Assembly (NCBI GenBank): GCA_965243025.1
Contig: CBDETY010000003.1
Location: 1,152,001-1,216,000 of the forward strand
DNA length: 64,000 bases
Direction of reading: 5' to 3'
Origin: Candidatus Latescibacterota bacterium
GTDB lineage: Bacteria; Latescibacterota; UBA2968; UBA8231
The notes below the pieces were generated by a model. It made no database searches. It was not told where the DNA came from and saw only the letters and a list, made by a program, of their open reading frames with translations. Positions 10,491 to 19,296 of this stretch are shown piece after piece; the stretch's first letter is position 1; each line of letters begins with the position of its first letter. A program made the translations under genes and the position numbers.

Positions 10491-11528
10491 ATGGCAGACA
10501 GAACAGTAGACCTGAGAAGCGACACCACGACGCGGCCGACCGCGGAGATGCGCGCCGCCATGGAGGCGGCCGAGGTAGGCGACGACGCCTTCGGCGAGGA
10601 TCCGACCGTCAACCTCCTGCAGGAGAAGGCGGCCGCAAGGCTGGGAATGGAGGCGGCCCTGCTGGTGCCCTCCGGGACCATGGGGAACGGCCTCGCCCTG
10701 ATGGTCCACACCGAGCCTGGGGACACCTTCTTCAGCCACGAGCGCGGCCACGTGATGGGGAGGACCCCGTTCCACACCGCCGCCGGAATCGAGCCGCGCA
10801 CCTTCGCCACGGAGTTCGGGGTGATCGCTCCGGACGAGCTGGCCGGCCTCGTGCAACAGGACCGCTCCGCCGGCGGCCACCCCGGCCTGCTGTGCCTGGA
10901 GAACAGCCACAACCACAGCGGCGGCTACGCCTGGCTGCCGGAGGAGGTCGCCGCCGCAGGCGGGGCCGCCCGCGACCTCGGACTGAAGGTCCACATGGAC
11001 GGGGCGCGCATGTTCAACTCCTGCGTCGCCCTCGGCGTCGAGCCGGCCCGGTACGCAGGGCACGTCGACTCGGTGATGTTCTGCGTCTCCAAGGGGCTGA
11101 GCGCCCCGGTCGGCTCGCTCCTGTGCGGAAGCCGCGCCTTCATCGACCGGGCGCGCAAGGTGCGCAGCAGCATCGGGGGGACGATGCGCCAGGCCGGCAC
11201 GGTGGCGGCCGCCGGCATCCTCGCCCTCGACAGGATGGTCGACCGACTGGCCGAGGATCACCTGCACGCGCGCATGCTGTTCGAGGGGCTGAACGGGATC
11301 GCGGGGATTTCCCCGAGGCAGCCGCCGAATCCGACCAACTTCGTAATGGTCGACGCCGCAGGGCTGGGGTGGTCGAGCTCCGACCTCGATGAAAGGGTCG
11401 CCGCGGAGGGGGTGCTGACGATCAGGAGGCCGCCGAAGGATCTCAGGCTGGTGCTGCACCGTCACCTGGGCCCGGAGGACGTCGAGTTCGCCGTCGGGGC
11501 GTTCGCCCGGGCGGCGGCAGCCGCCTGA
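10491..11528 (+). CDS. ltaE: Low-specificity L-threonine aldolase
   Basis: [47 protein letters not shown] (PLP lysine), GGTMRQAG. Confidence 0.9.
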   Translation: MADRTVDLRSDTTTRPTAEMRAAMEAAEVGDDAFGEDPTVNLLQEKAAARLGMEAALLVPSGTMGNGLALMVHTEPGDTFFSHERGHVMGRTPFHTAAGIEPRTFATEFGVIAPDELAGLVQQDRSAGGHPGLLCLENSHNHSGGYAWLPEEVAAAGGAARDLGLKVHMDGARMFNSCVALGVEPARYAGHVDSVMFCVSKGLSAPVGSLLCGSRAFIDRARKVRSSIGGTMRQAGTVAAAGILALDRMVDRLAEDHLHARMLFEGLNGIAGISPRQPPNPTNFVMVDAAGLGWSSSDLDERVAAEGVLTIRRPPKDLRLVLHRHLGPEDVEFAVGAFARAAAAA

Positions 11529-11687
11529 TTCCGGGGTAGCGGATTCCATTCCGGCCGGCGGGAGCGCACGCGCTTTTCGGACCGCTTTGTCCGAGGGTTC
11601 GGCACGAGTCCGAAGGGCTCGCGGCCGCAAGGGCCGGCCGCAGCCCGGACCTTTCAGCGAATTGCTGATGACGGGAACGAGGAGAGC

Positions 11688-12635
11688 ATGATACGAGTTG
11701 CTGTAATCGGTTGCGGCGGCCGCGGGCGCGGCGAGCTGGAGAACCTGTCCCGGTTCGACGACGTCGAGCTGGCCGCGGTCTGCGATCCGGTGGCGGAGGC
11801 CCGCGACCGGGCTGCCGACGCGCACGGCATCAAGCGCCGCCACGAGTCTATCGAGGAGATGCTGGACGCCGGCGGAATCGACGCCGTCTGGGTGACCACC
11901 CCGGCCCATCTCAACGCCCCGTCCGCCCTGCCCTGTCTCGAGGCAGGGGTGCACACCCTGCTCGAAAAACCGCCCGGCATGTACGTCGAGGAGACGCGCC
12001 GCCTGCGCGATGCGGCGAAGGCCTCCGGAGCCAAGGGGATGGTCGGCTGGCAGCGGCGCTTCGACCCCATGGTGGTCGAGGCTCGCCGGGCGATCCTCGA
12101 GCGCGGACCGATCGTCCAGCTCGTCGGGGAGTTCCACAAGAGCATGTCCGGCTTCGAACGGGACGGGCGCTTCCCGGAGATCGTCATGGAGCGGATGCTG
12201 ATGGAGTCGCCGATCCACGCCATCGACCTGGTGAGGTCCCTGGCCGGATCCGACGTCGCCGAGGTGCACGGCATCGTCAAGCGGCGCTTCTCGAAGTACA
12301 ACGACGTGCACGCGGCCCTGGTGCTGTTCGAGAACGGCTGCGTAGCCCACCTGAGCGCCAACTACACCACCGACGCGCGGCTCGAGCGCTACGAAATCCA
12401 CGGCCGCGAAATCTCCGCCTACCTCGAGGGGATCCGGACCGGCAAGCTGGTCTGCGACGGGCAGGTGCGCGAGCTGACCAAGGATGATTCCGAGACTCAG
12501 CGCGACAAGGACCGCCATTTTCTCGACTGCATCCGCGACGGCCGGCCCGTCGGATTGCCGGGGGCCGACCTCGACGAGGCGGTCAAGACGATGGAGCTGG
12601 CCGAGGCGATCCTCGCGGGGTTGCGCCCGGACTGA
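11688..12635 (+). CDS. Gfo/Idh/MocA family oxidoreductase
   Basis: IRVAVIGCGGRG, AVCD, TTPAHL, LLEKP, IHAID; GGAG RBS. Confidence 0.92.
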   Translation: MIRVAVIGCGGRGRGELENLSRFDDVELAAVCDPVAEARDRAADAHGIKRRHESIEEMLDAGGIDAVWVTTPAHLNAPSALPCLEAGVHTLLEKPPGMYVEETRRLRDAAKASGAKGMVGWQRRFDPMVVEARRAILERGPIVQLVGEFHKSMSGFERDGRFPEIVMERMLMESPIHAIDLVRSLAGSDVAEVHGIVKRRFSKYNDVHAALVLFENGCVAHLSANYTTDARLERYEIHGREISAYLEGIRTGKLVCDGQVRELTKDDSETQRDKDRHFLDCIRDGRPVGLPGADLDEAVKTMELAEAILAGLRPD

Positions 12636-12646
12636 GAGGGAACGCC

Positions 12647-12730
12647 GTGAAACTGAGCTTCCACACCTGCGGGCTGGAGCGGTACTCCCTGGAGGGGATA
12701 TTCGACCTGGCGGCCAGGACCGGGCTGTAG
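12647..12730 (+). pseudogene. Probable 5' remnant of a sugar-phosphate isomerase/epimerase (xylose-isomerase-like TIM barrel) gene
   Basis: GAGGG RBS, GTG start, reads MKLSFHTCGLERYSLEGIFDLAARTGL*, the typical start of this family, ending after 27 codons. Confidence 0.45.
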
Positions 12731-12732
12731 CG

Positions 12733-13710
12733 ATGGCTGCCGGCGACCTGCCCAAAGTCCGCTTCGGCCGCACCGATCTCATGGTGTCGCGGCTCTGCCA
12801 GGGAACTGCCTTCCGCACGATGGCGCGCAGCGAAGCCAACGAGAGGGGGGTCGAGGTGCTGCGCTACTGTCTCGATGCCGGGGTCAACTTCTTCGATTCC
12901 GCCATCGCCTACGGCTGGGGAGGCGCGGAGAAGGCCCTCGGCAGGGCGGTCGCCGGACGCCGCGACCGGGCGGTAATCTGCACCAAGGTCCCCACCACGC
13001 ATCCCCCGCCCTCCGGCGGGGAGCCGGGGGAGCCGGCGGCGTTCACTCCCGCCAACCTCGAAAGTCAGCTGCACGGGTCCCTGCGCCGGCTCGGGACCGA
13101 CTATCTCGACCTGTTCCTCCTCCACCAGCCGGACGGTGTCACCGGTGCCGGGGATATCTGCGCGGCGATGGACGCCTTCGTGCGGGCCGGCAAGATCCGC
13201 TACTGGGGGATCTCCAACCATTCCGCCGCGGCGGTCTCCGAGCTGCACGAAACCGCCCTGGCGGCAGGAACCAGCCCTCCCGCCGGGATCGAGGATTACT
13301 ACACGGTGGCCGGGGTCACCGTATCGGATGACAACCAGGCACGCACCCGCCTGTTCGAGCGCGAGATGTTCCCGCTGGTCGGCGAGCTGGGCTTGGGGGT
13401 TATGACCTTCAGCCCGATGGACCAGGGGTTCCTGGCCCCGGGAAGGAAGGTCGAGCACGGCCCCCCGATGGAGGGGATCCTCGCCGAGCTCGACGCGGTC
13501 GCCGGGGAGCTGGGGGTATCGCGGGCCGCGGTCTGCGCCGCCTGGGTGCTGGCGCGCCCCGAGGTGACCAGCGTCCTCGCGGGAAGCGAAAGCGAGGAGC
13601 ACGTCGACCAGATGCTGGACGGGACAGCGCTCTGTGTCCCCGCCGAGCTGATGGACCGGCTCGACGCGGCGAGCCACCGTTTCACGAACGAGATGGAGCA
13701 GCGGGCCTGA
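12733..13710 (+). CDS. Aldo/keto reductase
   Basis: FGRTDLMVSRLCQGT, GVNFFDSAIAYG, ICTK, SLRRLGTDYLDLFLLH, GKIRYWGISN. Confidence 0.92.
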   Translation: MAAGDLPKVRFGRTDLMVSRLCQGTAFRTMARSEANERGVEVLRYCLDAGVNFFDSAIAYGWGGAEKALGRAVAGRRDRAVICTKVPTTHPPPSGGEPGEPAAFTPANLESQLHGSLRRLGTDYLDLFLLHQPDGVTGAGDICAAMDAFVRAGKIRYWGISNHSAAAVSELHETALAAGTSPPAGIEDYYTVAGVTVSDDNQARTRLFEREMFPLVGELGLGVMTFSPMDQGFLAPGRKVEHGPPMEGILAELDAVAGELGVSRAAVCAAWVLARPEVTSVLAGSESEEHVDQMLDGTALCVPAELMDRLDAASHRFTNEMEQRA

Positions 13711-13711
13711 C

Positions 13712-14155
13712 ATGAACGCGCCCGGCTCCGTCTCCCTGCGGATCGCCCACAGAACAGCCGCCCAACCGGACGCTGTTTTCGCCGCCTTCACCGATCCGGA
13801 GCAGCTGATGGACTGGTGGGGCCCTCCCGGATTCACCGCCCCGAGCGCCGAGGTCGACCTGAGGGCAGGCGGCGCCTACCGCCTGGAGATGCAGGCCCCG
13901 GACGGGGACCACATGTTCGTCAAGGGGATTTTCCGGGAAATCCTCCCGCCCCGCAGGCTGGTCATGACCTGGGAATGGGAGCAGACCAGCATGGACGGGG
14001 AGGTTTCAACAGTGACCATCGAGTTCCGCCGCAGCGGCAAGGGAACCGCGATCGACCTGCTGCACCAGGGATTCAGCTCCGAGGATGTCGGCGCCCGTCA
14101 CCAGAGCGGCTGGGAAGGATGCCTCGCCTCCCTGGACGCGCACCTGGCCGCGTAG
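13712..14155 (+). CDS. SRPBCC/AHSA1 domain protein
   Basis: VFAAFTDPEQLMDWWGP, DLRAGGAYR, F.EI.PP.RLV.TW, H..GW...L..L. Confidence 0.9.
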   Translation: MNAPGSVSLRIAHRTAAQPDAVFAAFTDPEQLMDWWGPPGFTAPSAEVDLRAGGAYRLEMQAPDGDHMFVKGIFREILPPRRLVMTWEWEQTSMDGEVSTVTIEFRRSGKGTAIDLLHQGFSSEDVGARHQSGWEGCLASLDAHLAA

Positions 14156-14179
14156 CACAGCGACCGGCAGCGGGGGTGA

Positions 14180-14262
14180 CTCCGAGAGCACGGCATCGAC
14201 TGCCTCGATGCCCTCGAGTCCGCCCCGGCCTCGGAAAAGACTCGACCGTGCAAGGCTCGGAG
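14180..14262. other. Intergenic multi-stem (three-way junction) palindromic structure
   Basis: Perfect stems CTCCGAG/CTCGGAG, GCACGG/CCGTGC, CATCGA/TCGATG and TCGAGTC/GACTCGA in nested order between convergent genes. Confidence 0.5.
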
Positions 14263-14324
14263 CAACCAGGGAGAAGATCGCCCGCCAACATCGCCGCGCG
14301 GCGGGCTGGAGGAGCAGCTCGCTC

Positions 14325-15326
14325 CTACCTCGGGGACGCGAACAGGAATGACAACAGCGAGAAGCGCTCCCCCGAAGTCACCGGGAGCACCTCGTGCAGA
14401 AGCGAGCTGGAAAAGAGGATGGCCGCCCCTGCCGGTGGGCGGTACAGGTCAGGGCCGTACTCGGGGAAGCGCAGCTCGCCTCCCTCGAAGCCGCCGTTGA
14501 GATTGACGGTGAGCCCGAAACGGCGGTGCGCCGTCGACGGGCTGAGATTGTCCCGGTGGGCGTGGAAGAAACCGCCTTCCTCGGCCCCGTAACAGACGAT
14601 CTTGAACCCCTCGAAACGGCTGGCCCGGTAGGCGAAGGCCTTGTGCAGCTCGGGGATGACCCGGCGCCCGACATGCGAGGTCAGCCGCTGCAGCAGCCCG
14701 GGATCGCCGACCACGTGGTCGCGGCGCCGCTTGCGGTCTCCGGCGACGACACCGACGCGGCGCCCCCCCAGACTCGCCTCCACCCCGGCAGGGGCGGCTC
14801 CCTCCCGCCGCCACACCGAGATCAACTCCGCGCCCCAGGCCCCGTCCAGCACCCTCGGGACCAGGAGCACGGGCGCAGGTGATTCGACGAGCTGTCCTTC
14901 CCGCCGGCTGCAGGCCGCAGCGAGGAGCGCGGCCACTCCAGCTGCCGCCTTGGCCGGGTCGGCGAGACCCCACCACCCGAGGATGCGCAGGTTTTCGTCG
15001 AGGAGACAGGCCGTCGGTTTCGAGGCGACCCCGTACGGCTCGCTGACCGCGGTTCCGGGCTCGGTGAAGGTGTCGAAGGAGAACGGCGTTTCCCCGCTGG
15101 GGCGGCCTCCCCCGGATATGACCCCCAGGATTTCCACCCTGCCCTCGCAGGCGCGGGCAAGGGCGGCGGCGAACTTTTCGACCGCGGCCTCCTGGGAGCG
15201 GTCGGCGAAGATCAGGGCGCACGGCACGCCGCCGGCGCGGCCGTAGAAACGCACCGGGTCCCCGGAAGGGCAGGGCAGGGCGAAGTCCGGGGCGCGCATG
15301 CCCGGCGCCAGGGGGCCGCCGCTCAC
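14325..15326 (-). CDS. 2OG-Fe(II) oxygenase with N-terminal redoxin-like domain
   Basis: PG.RAPDFAL start; C-terminal GGFFHAHRDN, FEGGELRFPEY, LHEVLPVTSGERF; start uncertain (GTG 15326 or ATG 15299). Confidence 0.85.
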   Translation of the reverse strand: MSGGPLAPGMRAPDFALPCPSGDPVRFYGRAGGVPCALIFADRSQEAAVEKFAAALARACEGRVEILGVISGGGRPSGETPFSFDTFTEPGTAVSEPYGVASKPTACLLDENLRILGWWGLADPAKAAAGVAALLAAACSRREGQLVESPAPVLLVPRVLDGAWGAELISVWRREGAAPAGVEASLGGRRVGVVAGDRKRRRDHVVGDPGLLQRLTSHVGRRVIPELHKAFAYRASRFEGFKIVCYGAEEGGFFHAHRDNLSPSTAHRRFGLTVNLNGGFEGGELRFPEYGPDLYRPPAGAAILFSSSLLHEVLPVTSGERFSLLSFLFASPR

Positions 15327-15668
15327 CGGACCCGGTCCCGGGATGGAGGCAGATGGATGAAACGCAGGGAAATCGCTCGTACCGGCCGGCGCTGGATTCG
15401 CATTGCGGGCATTCGAAGATCCACTCGAATTTCTCCCCGGGAACGTTTCGTCCCTCGACGCAGTTGTACCGGTGAAACCTTCCCCCCTCGTGCCTTTCCC
15501 GCGGGCAGACGACCCTGCCCCGGACCCGGGCTGTTGCAGCCGGGGGGCGCAAGCGATGGAGGGGACCCCGTCTCCTTCCTTACTTTCCCGTGACTGGCAG
15601 GGTTGACGGCGCCGCCCGGGTCGCGGTGTTCGAAGGGCATGGCATCTGCTGGGGGGTGAGCGACAAAC

Positions 15669-16898
15669 ATGAAAGGGCCGTTTCCACATGGCAAGCAGAC
15701 TGCGGGGGTCTCCATGCTGCTGGCCTCGGCACTCGTCGGTTGCTACACCCTGTCCGGCCGTTCGGACGACTTCGGCAGTGGGGCCGGCCACCTCGATGAA
15801 CGCTCGCTCGGCCAGACGCGCACGGCCGCGGCGAGGGAGGGTCAGGCCGTCGTCCTCCACCTCGAAAGCCCCGAGGCGGTGAATGCCCACCGCGGCGATA
15901 CGGGAGAGACAGGAACAGACGTGATTCCCTATGTCTTCGAGCGCCGGTCGCGCCGAACCCTGCGCATCGGGAGCTGGGCGCGCGCTTCGAGCCGGGTCGA
16001 GCTTGTCGATGCTGCCGGAGCGGTTCTGCTCACCGTCAGCGGGGCCTCACCGTCGGCCTCGGCCGAGGTTCCCCCCGGGCGCTACCGACTCCGCGTGTCC
16101 AAGGGCGAGGGGCGCAGGGGGGTGGGAACGCTGTTCGTTCGGCCCGACACGATGGTGGTCTCCAAGGACTGCCCCGGCTGCAGCCTTTCCGGGGCCGACC
16201 TCAGGAGGGCGCGGCTGGCGGCGGCGAACCTGACCGGGGCTCGCCTGAGAACCGCGGACCTCAGCCATGCGGACCTGACCGGGGCCAGGCTTTCCGGCGC
16301 CGACCTCCAGGGGGCGGTTGCCAACCGGGCGCGCATGTCCGGGGCGAACCTGAGGGAGGGGGATCTTTCCTCGTCCGACGTGATCGCCTGCGACCTGTCC
16401 GGGGCGGATCTCGGAGGGGCCGTTGCCCGCGACGCCAGCTTCGACAGCACGGCCCTGAAGGAGGCCGTCCTCTCCGGTGCCGACCTGACGCGGGCGACCC
16501 TGCGCGGCGTCGTGCTCAGCGGCGCGGACCTGCGCGGGGCCCGTTTCGTGCGCTCCGAGCTCGACGGGGCGGTCCTGAAGTCCGCACACCTGGGAGATTC
16601 CGATTTCGAGGGTGCGCGGCTGGTGGGGGCCGACCTCGGGGAAACCGTAATCGACAAGGTCAACTTCATCGCCGCCGACCTGCGCCGGGCCAACCTGAAG
16701 GGGGCCCGCCTGCGGCGGGTCAAGTTCCAGGGTTCCAGCCTGATCGGCGCAACGTGGACAGACGGGACGGTTTGCGGATACGGATCGCTGGGGCGCTGTA
16801 TTCCGATGCCCCCGGGAATGCTGCTGCCGGGGCTGATCCGGTCCGTGGTCCCGGCGGATTCGGGGGCTGTCGAGGCTCCGGGGAGGTCAGACAAGTGA
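15669..16898 (+). CDS. Pentapeptide-repeat protein, putative lipoprotein
   Basis: CPGCSLSGADL followed by many A(D/N)Lxx repeats, ending ATWTDGTVC; ALVGC lipobox-like motif. Confidence 0.85.
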   Translation: MKGPFPHGKQTAGVSMLLASALVGCYTLSGRSDDFGSGAGHLDERSLGQTRTAAAREGQAVVLHLESPEAVNAHRGDTGETGTDVIPYVFERRSRRTLRIGSWARASSRVELVDAAGAVLLTVSGASPSASAEVPPGRYRLRVSKGEGRRGVGTLFVRPDTMVVSKDCPGCSLSGADLRRARLAAANLTGARLRTADLSHADLTGARLSGADLQGAVANRARMSGANLREGDLSSSDVIACDLSGADLGGAVARDASFDSTALKEAVLSGADLTRATLRGVVLSGADLRGARFVRSELDGAVLKSAHLGDSDFEGARLVGADLGETVIDKVNFIAADLRRANLKGARLRRVKFQGSSLIGATWTDGTVCGYGSLGRCIPMPPGMLLPGLIRSVVPADSGAVEAPGRSDK

Positions 16899-17455
16899 AG
16901 GGAAATGCCGGAAGGATCGCCGCACGCGGGTTTGCCCGCTCTCGCCGGCTGGCCCTGGCGGCCGGGGCAGGCCTGTTTCTGACTGCCGCCGCCGGCGCGG
17001 CTCCGAAATCGCAGTTCACGCTGCCGACGCTGGGCGGCGGGCAGTTCTCACTGGAGGAGGCGCTGAAGAAGGGTCCGGTGGTCCTCGATTTCTGGGCGAC
17101 CTGGTGCAAGCCCTGCATCAAATCCCTGCCGAAGCTGCAGGAGATCGCCGGGGAGTATGGGGAGCGCGGGGTCGGGGTGTACACCGTGAACACCGACGGG
17201 CCGCGCAACCAGCCCAAGGTGCGGCCGTTCATGAAACGCCACCGGCTCGAGCTTCCGGTCCTTCTCGACCACACGAGACAGGTGATGAAGCAGTTTCAGC
17301 TCTCCGTCCTTCCGGCTTCCTTGATCATTTCGACCGAAGGGGCGGTAGTTTACAGGCACGTGGGGTACAAACCAGGGGACGAGACCGGGCTCCGCGACAA
17401 GCTGGCGGAGCTGCTGGGAGCGCAACCCGATTCGACGGAAGGCAGGAGCGAATGA
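16895..17455 (+). CDS. TlpA-family thiol:disulfide oxidoreductase
   Basis: Signal-like N-terminus, LDFWATWCKPC, LP cis-Pro loop; GTG start overlaps the upstream stop (GTGA). Confidence 0.9.
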   Translation: MKGNAGRIAARGFARSRRLALAAGAGLFLTAAAGAAPKSQFTLPTLGGGQFSLEEALKKGPVVLDFWATWCKPCIKSLPKLQEIAGEYGERGVGVYTVNTDGPRNQPKVRPFMKRHRLELPVLLDHTRQVMKQFQLSVLPASLIISTEGAVVYRHVGYKPGDETGLRDKLAELLGAQPDSTEGRSE

Positions 17456-18333
17456 AAGCCAGGATCAGGACTCGATGGCGAAAGGCCGCAGCGGTCGCGT
17501 GCGGTGCATTTCTCGTCGGCGGGCCGGGCGGGGCGGCGGGGCAGGTGGTCGCCGGCGACATCGCCCCCGACTTCGAGCTCGAGACCGTGGACGGACAGCT
17601 CGTCTCGCTGAGCGGCTTTCGCGACGAAAAGGTTGTCTTTCTCAACATCCTGGGGAACACCTGACCGTACTGTATCGCGGGGGCCGCGAATTCCGAAGCG
17701 ATATGGCAGGACTACGGGGGGGACCGCTTCGTCGCCCTCGGCATCGACATCTGGAACGCCAGTCCCGCCAACGTCCGGGCGGTGTGGATCGACGACGGGC
17801 TGGCCACCTATCCGATGCTCGTCAACGGGTCCGACGTCGGCAACCAGTACGGCGTGGGACAGGACTACTACTTCGTGATCGATCACGAGGGGTTCGTACG
17901 CTACCGCTCCGGCCCCGGGCCGCTCGGGGAGCGCTTCGTCGACGGGGAGATCCGCGACGCCATCGAGGCCTCCCTCGAGGCCCTCGCCGATTTTCTGGAA
18001 GAAGAGGAAGAGGTGGAGGAGATAACCACGGAGGTGGCGTCATCGCCGCAGCTTCCGGCCCGGTTCGAGGTGGGGAACGCGTATCCGAATCCCTTCAATT
18101 CCGAAACCACCCTTTCGTTCGCGGTAAGCGCGGCCGGTCTCCTCAACCTGACGCTCTTCGACCTTGGAGGCCGGGTGGTGCGGGACTGGTCCGGGCAGTA
18201 CGAGGCCGGCAGGCACTCCCTGACCTGGGACGGCCTGGACGAGGCCGGCAATCCAATGGCCAGCGGGGTGTACATCGCCTCGGCGCGCCAGGGAAGCCGC
18301 GCGATAACCCGGAAGGTCACCCTCCTGAAGTAG
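17452..18333 (+). CDS. Predicted selenoprotein: secreted AhpC/TSA/TlpA-like redoxin (UxxC) with C-terminal T9SS type-A/FlgD-Ig-like domain
   Basis: ORFs ending at 17664 and starting at 17782 are in one frame, separated only by TGA 17662-17664; read-through gives APDFELETVDG..VSLS.FR..KVVFLNILGNT-U-PYC...FVALGID...YFVIDHEG.VRY; tail YPNPFN...WDG.DE.G...SGVY...KVTLLK. Confidence 0.85.
17670..17706 (+). promoter_or_regulatory. Candidate bacterial SECIS element
   Basis: TCGCGG(17675-80)-GGG-CCGCGA(17684-89) hairpin with a G loop starting after a 16-nt spacer from the TGA; alternative longer stem TATCGC(17673-78)/GCGATA(17698-703). Confidence 0.55.
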
Positions 18334-18372
18334 CCCACCGGCAGGGCCCCGGATCTCCGTACCGGGGCGGAT

Positions 18373-19155
18373 TCACCACCGCCGGACCGGCTGCTCCACG
18401 AGGGCCTCCCTGAGGCTTTCGATCTGCCTGCCGGACAGTCCGGCGGAGCGGGCGAACCCCTCGGCCCCTCCGTACCGGGTCTCGAGGAAGTCGAGGACCT
18501 TGAGCATGCTTTCCGGCGGGCAGAACTCGCGCTGGTAGTCGCGCCAGTCGCGAAGGACCGCTCCCCCTTCGACCTCGGGGGGTGCCGACTGCCAGCGATC
18601 CCACAGGTACCTCCCCGTCAGGCCGTAGTCCTCGGCAATCGTCTCCTTCGCAACACCGGCGAGCTCGAGAAGCAGGGCGCTGATCACCCCGGTCCGGTCC
18701 TTGCCCCCGGCGCAGTGGTACAGGGCCGGAAGGGCTTCCGGCTCGGCCAGGGTCGCCAGCACCTCCCCGACCTGTTCTTCGCGATGCTCGATCCAGGAGG
18801 AGTAGGAGCCGAAGATCCTTTCCGCAGGGGTGCCGTCGGCGATGGAATAAGGGAGGGGCTCGTCGCCGGCGAGGTTGTGGTGGCGGTAGCTGACCTCCGC
18901 CGAGGACGCGAAGACGTTGGGCAGCTCAGCCAGCTCCCGGGTCCGGCGCAGGTCGATGACGGTGCGCAGCCCGAACCCGAGGAGGGTCTGCTGGTCGTCT
19001 GCCGTCAGCCGGTACATGTTGTCGGCCCGGAAGAAGGTTCGCCACCGAACCCGGCGTCCCTCCGTCGTGGGGTAGCCCCCAATGTCCCGGATGTTGAATG
19101 CCCCTTCCATTTCGATTCTCCGGCCGGGTTCTTCGCCCATTGCTTTCCTTTCCAT
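18373..19155 (-). CDS. Tyrosine/lipid phosphatase (Y_phosphatase3, PtpB/LipA-like)
   Basis: NIRDIGGY, FRAD, TVIDLR, HCAGGKDRTG P-loop, I.EDY.LT. Confidence 0.92.
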   Translation of the reverse strand: MERKAMGEEPGRRIEMEGAFNIRDIGGYPTTEGRRVRWRTFFRADNMYRLTADDQQTLLGFGLRTVIDLRRTRELAELPNVFASSAEVSYRHHNLAGDEPLPYSIADGTPAERIFGSYSSWIEHREEQVGEVLATLAEPEALPALYHCAGGKDRTGVISALLLELAGVAKETIAEDYGLTGRYLWDRWQSAPPEVEGGAVLRDWRDYQREFCPPESMLKVLDFLETRYGGAEGFARSAGLSGRQIESLREALVEQPVRRW

Positions 19156-19296
19156 TTTTCGGGTTGAATCGTGCCCGCAGTCGGGTCGGTTGGTACCGGG
19201 TTTGTCGACAGGCGGTGGCTTGAGATCGGGCGGCCGGAGGCAGGGACTTTCAGATCAAACAGCCCGCCCCTGTTGCTCCGACCGGTTCGCAATCGA

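Noticed and set aside
10449-12839. 796-aa minus-strand ORF and similar Arg/Pro/Gly-rich alternative-frame ORFs throughout
   Set aside because: They overlap well-supported genes and show no recognisable motifs
17782-18333. Stand-alone 183-aa FlgD-domain gene as given by the ORF track
   Set aside because: Starts mid-thioredoxin fold with no signal peptide; better explained as the 3' part of the TGA read-through gene
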